A stretch of DNA of 64,000 bases. Origin: Candidatus Nitrospinota bacterium M3_3B_026. GTDB lineage: Bacteria; Nitrospinota_A; UBA7883; JBPRGF01. The notes beneath the pieces are model-generated. The model saw nothing but the letters and a program-made list of their open reading frames with translations, was not told the DNA's origin and did not search any database. Below are positions 57,623 through 64,000 of the stretch, piece by piece. Position numbers and translations under genes: made by a program. How positions within the stretch are numbered: position 1 is the stretch's first letter; every line of letters starts with the position of its first letter. The stretch covers positions 128,001 through 192,000 of the forward strand of contig JBPRGF010000033.1 in assembly GCA_051418015.1 (NCBI GenBank), written 5' to 3'.

Positions 57623-59425
57623 ATGCGACGGACATTTCTTGCGGCCCTGGGGCTTCTGGTGATTATCGCGGGCGGAGCTTCCGCCCAGCTTGTTCCCAGC
57701 GCGGACGTTGTGAGCCTCCGCGCCGTCCTCCCGCAGGACAGGTTCCACGCGGGCGAGTCTTTCCGCCTCCTTTTCGAGCTTGAGTTTAAAGAGGGGTGGC
57801 ATGGCCAGTCCCACGAGCCGACGATGGAGGGGCTTATCCCCACCGTCTTGACGCTTACGGCGGACGAGGGGATCAGCCTGGGAAGGGTCTTCTATCCTCC
57901 CGACAAGATGGAGAAGTTCGAGTTCGCCGAGAAGGAGTTGGCCGTATATGACGGGACGGTCTATATCGGGGCGACCGCCGCCATAGCTCCGCAGGTGGAG
58001 CCGGGCGACTACGCCGTAAGGGCGGACTTGCGGATCCAGGCCTGCGACGATGACTCCTGCCTCATGCCGTCGGACATGCCGCTGACGGTCACCGTGAAGG
58101 TGGCCGCGGCTGGGGAGCCCGTGAACCGCATCAACCAGGATATACATTCCGCCAACGCCTCGCTCTTCTCCGCGAAGCCGCCTCCAGGCGGGGCGGGCGC
58201 GGACGCAGGCGAGATCGGGGGCTATCTCACCAGTCACGGCCTGCTGCTTACGTACATATTCATATTCGTGGGCGGCCTGGCCTTGAATCTTACCCCCTGC
58301 GTCTACCCGCTGATCCCGATAACCGTCTCCTACTTCGGCGGCAAGAGCGAGGAGAAAAAGGGCGGGCTCATCGTCCATTCCGTCCTGTACGTCCTCGGGA
58401 TGGCGGTGATGTACTCGGCCCTCGGCGTCTTCGCGGCGCTTACGGGCGGCCTTTTCGGGGCGCTGTTGCAGCACTGGGCTGTGATACTGCTTATCGTGGC
58501 TGTGCTGGTGGGGCTGTCGCTTTCCATGTTCGGGCTCTACGAGATCCGCGTCCCCGCCTCGCTGGCGGAAATCGGGGGAAAGAACAGGGGCGGGTTTTTC
58601 GGCACATTCCTGATGGGCGTCACCGTCGGTATCATCGCCGCGCCCTGCATCGGGCCTTTCGTTCTGGGGCTGCTGACCTTCGTGGGTGAGAAGGGCGACC
58701 CCATGCTTGGTTTCACGATGTTCTTCGCCCTGGCCCTGGGGCTGGGGACACCGTTCATGATCCTGGCGATATTCTCCGGCGCCGTATCCATACTGCCGAG
58801 GTCGGGGGTGTGGATGCTGTGGGTGCGGCAGGTCTTCGGCGTGGTGCTCCTTGCCATGGCGATATATTTCCTTGAGCCGTTGATACCGGAAGGCTGGTAC
58901 CTTCCCATATTCGGATTATTCTTAGTCGGCGGGGGCGTTTTCCTGGGATGGCTCTCGGGGGTGAAAGCGCCCGGCGCGGGGTTTACGGCGGCCCGGTGGA
59001 TCGTGGGCGCGGCTTTCGTCGCGGGCGGCGCTTTCATGCTCTACCCTTCAGCGCCCGACGCCGGGCCGAAAATCGAATGGAAAAAGGCGACAGAGGAAGC
59101 CGTCGCGGAGGCGGCTTCGGCCGGCAGGCCGGTTATCATCGACTTCACGGCGGACTGGTGCCTGCCCTGCAAGGAGCTTGAGCATTACACATTCTCCGAC
59201 CCGCGGGTCATCGAGCTCTCGGAGAAGTTCGTCATGCTCGAGGCGGACGTCACAAAATCCGGCGACCCGGAGACGGAGAGGCTGAAGGAAAAATACGCCG
59301 TCGCGGGCGTCCCCACCGTCGTGCTCATAGACCCCGCGGGCCAGAGGCGCGAGGATCTGCGCTTCGTTGGGTTCGTGGACGCCGAGGCGTTCCTCAACAA
59401 GATGAGAAAAGCCTCTGGAGGCTGA
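57623..59425 (+). CDS. dsbD: Protein-disulfide reductase DsbD (three-domain)
   Basis: QACDDDSC, LTPCVYP, AAPCIGP, DFTADWCLPCK. Confidence 0.9.
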   Translation: MRRTFLAALGLLVIIAGGASAQLVPSADVVSLRAVLPQDRFHAGESFRLLFELEFKEGWHGQSHEPTMEGLIPTVLTLTADEGISLGRVFYPPDKMEKFEFAEKELAVYDGTVYIGATAAIAPQVEPGDYAVRADLRIQACDDDSCLMPSDMPLTVTVKVAAAGEPVNRINQDIHSANASLFSAKPPPGGAGADAGEIGGYLTSHGLLLTYIFIFVGGLALNLTPCVYPLIPITVSYFGGKSEEKKGGLIVHSVLYVLGMAVMYSALGVFAALTGGLFGALLQHWAVILLIVAVLVGLSLSMFGLYEIRVPASLAEIGGKNRGGFFGTFLMGVTVGIIAAPCIGPFVLGLLTFVGEKGDPMLGFTMFFALALGLGTPFMILAIFSGAVSILPRSGVWMLWVRQVFGVVLLAMAIYFLEPLIPEGWYLPIFGLFLVGGGVFLGWLSGVKAPGAGFTAARWIVGAAFVAGGAFMLYPSAPDAGPKIEWKKATEEAVAEAASAGRPVIIDFTADWCLPCKELEHYTFSDPRVIELSEKFVMLEADVTKSGDPETERLKEKYAVAGVPTVVLIDPAGQRREDLRFVGFVDAEAFLNKMRKASGG

Positions 59426-59461
59426 TTTTCTTCCCGCGCTTTCGTCCTGTCCCCGGCGCGG

Positions 59462-59890
59462 CTAGTTCTTGTACACCCTCGGCGTGGCCGCGCCGTCGTG
59501 GCAGCCGGAGGACGAGCAGGCGCCGTTTGTCTGTTTTGCCACCATGCCGGTGGAGTTGCCTTTGACAGTGGCGGTATATCCGACCGAAGGGTCGCCCTCG
59601 GTTGTGTAGAAGTTGCCGCTTGCGTCCGCGGTGATCTCCAGGGTCATGCCGTTGTCCTGGTTGATCACTATGACCTCGCCGGCGGCGGCGGCGCTTGCCG
59701 TGGCGTCCGTGTAGACCGTGCCCGCGTATTTCAGGTTGTGGCATTCGATACAGTCCCGCCCGGCGTTGTGGGATGATTTGCCCGCCGAGCTTACATTCGG
59801 CCCCTCTTCTTCCCCGCAGGCCAGAAGGGACGCGCCAAGCAACAATGTCAGAAATCCACCCGCCGCCTTGTTCATAAATTTGTTGGTCAT
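59462..59890 (-). CDS. Small lipoprotein, putative c-type cytochrome
   Basis: LLAC lipobox; HNAGRDCIECH and CSSSGCH. Confidence 0.65.
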   Translation of the reverse strand: MTNKFMNKAAGGFLTLLLGASLLACGEEEGPNVSSAGKSSHNAGRDCIECHNLKYAGTVYTDATASAAAAGEVIVINQDNGMTLEITADASGNFYTTEGDPSVGYTATVKGNSTGMVAKQTNGACSSSGCHDGAATPRVYKN

Positions 59891-60210
59891 GTACGAAGAC
59901 TCCCCTGCGCGTTTTCGTTATGTCCCAGAAATTTTCAGAAGAAACACGCATCCTCGGTAAGCAACATTTATGCCCCCGTCTCTTTCACGCCGGTTGCCCG
60001 CTCCATATCTCTTTTGGATCAGGCGGTTTCGCCCAAGCGCCGGCGGCGCCCGCCAAGCAACCGTCCGCGCCCAGTGTATTGAAACCGGACAGCACCGGGG
60101 AAACCGTGTCCTTTTTCAGGACTTTCGCCCTCCGCGCGCCCAAAGGCGTTTGTTTTTGCTACCATAGGCAAGATGGCTAAAACACGGAGCCGGGGAAACG
60201 TTTGTCTGAC

Positions 60211-61503
60211 ATGAACGGCAAGTCCAGGGGTGAGACGCTGGCGATAATCCTTGGGGGCGGCAGGGGCGCAAGGCTCTATCCGCTGACCAAGGAGCGCTGC
60301 AAGCCCGCCGTGCCCCTCGGCGGCAAGTACCGGCTCATAGACGTTCCCATCAGCAACTGCATAAACAGCGGTCTGCGCAACATATACATCCTCTCCCAGT
60401 TCATGAGCGCCTCGCTCAACCGGCATGTGTCGCGGACGTACCAGTTGGACGCCTTCAGCGGCGGGTTCGTGGGCATCCTTGCCGCCACGCAGACCCACAA
60501 GAGGGCGGAGGACTGGTTCCAGGGGACGGCGGACGCGGTGCGCAAATGCCTGGAGATGGCGCACCTGCCGAGGTACAGGCGGGTGGTCATCTTGAGCGGC
60601 GACCAGCTTTACAAGATGGATTACAGGCGCCTCCTGGCCACCCACGAGGAGAGCGGGGCGGACATAACCATAAGCGTGCTGCCGGTGGGCCGGGAAAGCG
60701 TAAGCGGGTTCGGCGTGATGCGGATCGATGGCGAGGGGCGCATCGTCGATTTCGTGGAGAAGCCGAAGGATGACGAGGTGATAGAGAAGTACAGGATAAG
60801 CGACGCCTTCGCGCGGGAGAAAGGCGTTCAGGACCGGGACAGGAGGTGGCTCGCCAGCATGGGGATATACGTCTTCGACGTTCCCGTGCTGCTGGACATC
60901 CTGAGGGACGAAAGCCAGATAGACTTCGGAAAGGACGTGATCCCCTCCTCGCTTTCACGCCACAGGACGATGGCCCACCTTTTCGAAGGATACTGGGAGG
61001 ACATCGGCACCATAAAATCCTTCTTTGACGCGAACATCGCCCTGGGGGAGCGCAAAGAGCCTCTGTTCGACTTCCACGGCCGCGAGGAGAACAAGATTTT
61101 CACCGAGCAGCGGTTCCTGATGGCCTCCCGCCTGCTGGACGCCAGCGTCTCGAAATCCGTCATAAGCGACGGGTGCTTTTTCGACGAGGGGGCCAGGATA
61201 GAAAGGTCTGTGATCGGCATCCGCTCCAGGATCGGGCGGAACGCGGACATAAGCGAGGCGGTCATCATGGGCGCGGACTACTACGAACGCCCCGCCGGGG
61301 AGGACGGCTTGCCGGAGCTTGGGATAGGCGACAACGGCGCCATACGCCGCGCCATCCTGGACAAGAACGTTGTTGTGGGGGACGGGGCGCGGATAGTCAA
61401 CGAGCGCGGGCTCCAGGAGGCCGACGGCGAGCTTTACCATATCCGCGACGGGATAGTCATCATTCCAAAGAACACCATCATCCCCCCAGGGACGGTTATA
61501 TGA
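60211..61503 (+). CDS. glgC: Glucose-1-phosphate adenylyltransferase
   Basis: LGGGRG.RLYPLT..R.KPAVP.GG.YRLID, WFQGTADAV, LSGDQLY, EKP, DFGKD, YWEDIGT. Confidence 0.96.
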   Translation: MNGKSRGETLAIILGGGRGARLYPLTKERCKPAVPLGGKYRLIDVPISNCINSGLRNIYILSQFMSASLNRHVSRTYQLDAFSGGFVGILAATQTHKRAEDWFQGTADAVRKCLEMAHLPRYRRVVILSGDQLYKMDYRRLLATHEESGADITISVLPVGRESVSGFGVMRIDGEGRIVDFVEKPKDDEVIEKYRISDAFAREKGVQDRDRRWLASMGIYVFDVPVLLDILRDESQIDFGKDVIPSSLSRHRTMAHLFEGYWEDIGTIKSFFDANIALGERKEPLFDFHGREENKIFTEQRFLMASRLLDASVSKSVISDGCFFDEGARIERSVIGIRSRIGRNADISEAVIMGADYYERPAGEDGLPELGIGDNGAIRRAILDKNVVVGDGARIVNERGLQEADGELYHIRDGIVIIPKNTIIPPGTVI

Positions 61504-61531
61504 CCGGTTCGCGCGGAGAGCGCATCCTGCG

Positions 61532-62578
61532 ATGAAAGCCGCCTTCAGGGCCGACGCTTCCCCGGAGATCGGCGCTGGGCACGTGGCGCGGCTTCTGGCT
61601 CTGGCCGAGGAGCTTGCCAGGCGCGGCGCGAAGACTTTTCTGATTACCCACGGGATTTCCGGGGCGCTTTCTGCCATGGCGGACGAGGCCGGCGTGGAGA
61701 TCATCGGCCTCTCCGGCGATGGCCGGGACTGGGACAGGGACGCGGACGCCAGGGCGGCCCGCGGAGCCGTCGAGAGAATCGGCGGCGTGGACTGGCTCGT
61801 GGCCGACCGGCGCGGGATAGACTCCCGGTGGGAGAAGGCCCTGCGGCCCGCGGCGCGGCGGATACTCTCCATCGACGACCTGGCCGGGGACGTCCGCGAC
61901 TGCGACCTGCTGCTGAACCCGAACCACCTGCCGGGGGCGCGGGAAAAGTACCACTACCTGACGCCTAAAGAATGCGTAAGGCTCACGGGCCCCACCTTCG
62001 CCCTCATAAGGCGCGAGTTCCAGGACGCAAGAGCGGAAACGAAGGAGCGCTCCGGGCCGCCGCGGCGGATTCTTGTCTCCTTTGGAGGCAGCGCCCAGGC
62101 GGAAATGATCCTGAAAACCGCCGAGGCCGTCAGGGCTCTTGGAGGCGCCGTGGAGTCGGCCATGTTCGTCGTCAGCGAGCCGGACGCCGCCGATGAGAGA
62201 ATAGGCGGGCTCGAGGGGCTCTCGCCCATCATAAAAGTCGCGCCGCCGCGGCGGGACATGGCCAAGATCACGCTGGCGGCGGACATTGTCATCGGAGCTT
62301 ACGGCGTCTCCACCTGGGAGAGGATGCTCCTTGGCGCGCCGTCGCTTATGGCGTCCGTCACGCCGGAGCAGGCGCCGCTCGCGGCCGCGCTGGCCGATGA
62401 CGGGCTCGCCGTCTACCTGGGGGAGGCCGCGGAGATCAGCGCCGGGGATATCGCGAAGGCCGTATTCAAGCTCATCGACGATCCAGAGCGTCTGCAAAGA
62501 ATGTCGAGAAAAGGGACGGAGCTTGTCGACGGGTTGGGAGCGAAGAGAGTGGCCGACGTCATGCTCTCCACGGGATAG
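61532..62578 (+). CDS. PseG/SpsG-like UDP-sugar hydrolase (GT-B fold)
   Basis: FRADAS..IGAGHVAR, IDDL, GP.FALIR.EF, SFGGS, G.STWER, VDG.GA.RV. Confidence 0.82.
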   Translation: MKAAFRADASPEIGAGHVARLLALAEELARRGAKTFLITHGISGALSAMADEAGVEIIGLSGDGRDWDRDADARAARGAVERIGGVDWLVADRRGIDSRWEKALRPAARRILSIDDLAGDVRDCDLLLNPNHLPGAREKYHYLTPKECVRLTGPTFALIRREFQDARAETKERSGPPRRILVSFGGSAQAEMILKTAEAVRALGGAVESAMFVVSEPDAADERIGGLEGLSPIIKVAPPRRDMAKITLAADIVIGAYGVSTWERMLLGAPSLMASVTPEQAPLAAALADDGLAVYLGEAAEISAGDIAKAVFKLIDDPERLQRMSRKGTELVDGLGAKRVADVMLSTG

Positions 62579-62619
62579 CCGGCGCGGGCGAGAGGAAAAC
62601 GAGGGGGAGCGCCGCGGCG

Positions 62620-63537
62620 TCAGTCCAAGTAGACGAACCGGCCGGAGGTGATGTATATTCCGCCGTCCGTCTCAGCGGTGACTTTCCAGGTATACGCCCT
62701 GTTGGCCGAAATGGCCCCGGTGGGGATCGACGCTTCAGGCAAGGCCGTTTTTGTCTTGTAGACCTTCTCCGCCTCGCCGCCAAGCTCCGTCAGGACGAGG
62801 CTGTATTCCTCCGCCCCCTCGACAGGCGCCCAGCGGAATGAAAGCCCCGTCAAAGATTCGTTGACCATCAGCCCCGCCGGAGCTTCGTCTATCTTGCGTC
62901 CAGAGTCGGCGAAACCGAAGGCCGGGCCGATCCGCTCCGGGCGTTCGTAGATGGAGTATACGGCGTCGGAGCCGATGTCCACCACGCCTTTCTGCCCGCC
63001 GGGCCAGAACAGCAGAAACAGGATCAGCGAGGCGGCGAATGCGTAGGCCGGGATGGGGGAGCGGACCCATCGCAGGACGGCGCCGCGCCATGAAAGAGAA
63101 GCCGCCTCCGCTGCTGACGTGGCCGCCGCCGCGTCCGGGGCCACGGCTCTTTTGAATCTCTCCGGTGTCGGGCTCATCCGCAGGACGCCTTCGGTCATCC
63201 TCACCGTGGAGCGGGTGAACCAGGCCGCCCGCTCGAAACAGGCGTCGCATTCGGCCACGTGGCTGGAGAAAGCCTCGCCGCTGGCCGCTGGCAGACGGCC
63301 GCCCAAAAAGTCGCCCATCAACTCCACGGGGACGCATCCCTCGGAGGGCTCGAAGCGTTCCACGCTCTCAGGCAACGCCCGCATGGCCGAACGCAGCGTC
63401 ATCAGCGATATGTAGGCCGAGCGGCACTTTTCGCACTGCTCCAGGTGTTCTCTTGCCCCGGCGCGCTCTTTATCTTTGAACGACGGGTCTGCGAAGGCCA
63501 GCAACTCGACCGTTTTGAGGTGTCTCATGTCCGCCAT
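62620..63537 (-). CDS. Membrane-anchored zf-HC2 (ZAS) anti-sigma-like protein with two zinc fingers
   Basis: HLEQCEKC and HVAECDAC motifs, single TM, C-terminal beta-rich domain. Confidence 0.7.
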   Translation of the reverse strand: MADMRHLKTVELLAFADPSFKDKERAGAREHLEQCEKCRSAYISLMTLRSAMRALPESVERFEPSEGCVPVELMGDFLGGRLPAASGEAFSSHVAECDACFERAAWFTRSTVRMTEGVLRMSPTPERFKRAVAPDAAAATSAAEAASLSWRGAVLRWVRSPIPAYAFAASLILFLLFWPGGQKGVVDIGSDAVYSIYERPERIGPAFGFADSGRKIDEAPAGLMVNESLTGLSFRWAPVEGAEEYSLVLTELGGEAEKVYKTKTALPEASIPTGAISANRAYTWKVTAETDGGIYITSGRFVYLD

Positions 63538-63559
63538 CTATGAAAATCCAACCTTTCGT

Positions 63560-64000
63560 TCATACCCCCGTCTCCTCCAGGATGGCCCGAAGCCCGGCGG
63601 GGGTGAGCTTTATATCCTCTTCACTCATATTTGAACGGACAATCTCCAGCAGATTTCGAACGTTTTTTTCGATTGCGTAGAAGACGTCCTGCTCCGTCGT
63701 TTCGTGTATTGATTTTCCACTTGAAACGGGCAGGCCCAGGTTTCTGTAAAAATTGAGGATATCCTTAGCCCTCATTTCGTCGTTGAACCAGAGGGAAAGG
63801 AGCCTGCGCCCCTCTTTTGGCATTTTTTCCACCGACTCGGCGAGGGTCTTATAGAACCTGTCGAGGGCGAGCCGCTCCTCCGCGCCGAGCCCCTTCTCGG
63901 CCGGTTCGTAAAAGGCTCCGCCCCCTCCGCCGTCGCCGCTTTCAGAATGGGCGATGGGGAAAAAGACGGGGTCTTGTACAAGGTCCAGCGCGCCCTCCTT
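63560..64000 (-). CDS. Probable ECF-type sigma factor-like protein, 5'-truncated
   Basis: Frame is open to the window edge; LAESVEKMPKEGRRLLSLWF..MRAKDI resembles sigma region 4; directly upstream of ZAS gene. Confidence 0.5.
   Translation of the reverse strand, partial: KEGALDLVQDPVFFPIAHSESGDGGGGGAFYEPAEKGLGAEERLALDRFYKTLAESVEKMPKEGRRLLSLWFNDEMRAKDILNFYRNLGLPVSSGKSIHETTEQDVFYAIEKNVRNLLEIVRSNMSEEDIKLTPAGLRAILEETGV

Overview
GC-rich chromosomal window from a diderm, LPS-producing bacterium. Gene content (alternative complex III, class I LysRS, ClpC inside the bamA-lpx operon, split transketolase, Fis) suggests Nitrospinota or a deltaproteobacterium-like lineage; this is inference only. Most of the window is housekeeping: trxA, lysS, ribF, pfkA, copA, lpxK, ychF, lolC/E-lolD-clpC-bamA-skp-lpxD-fabZ-lpxA-gnnA-like-lpxI, tkt, ctpA, apt, dsbD and glgC. 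Accessory modules are an MSHA-like minor pilin cluster, a PAS hybrid histidine kinase overlapping a Clp1 kinase-RNase Z fusion gene, a reduced/split alternative complex III operon, a TSP3-repeat/LRR surface lipoprotein, a TetR-controlled MMPL/LolA-like/outer-membrane system, and a probable ECF sigma/anti-sigma pair at the right edge. I found no rRNA, tRNA, CRISPR array, transposase or integrase. Two copies of a small palindromic REP-like element are present. The best candidate for an undescribed system is the Clp1-RNase Z fusion, a possible two-ended RNA healing enzyme. All product calls rest on motif recognition by eye, not database searches.
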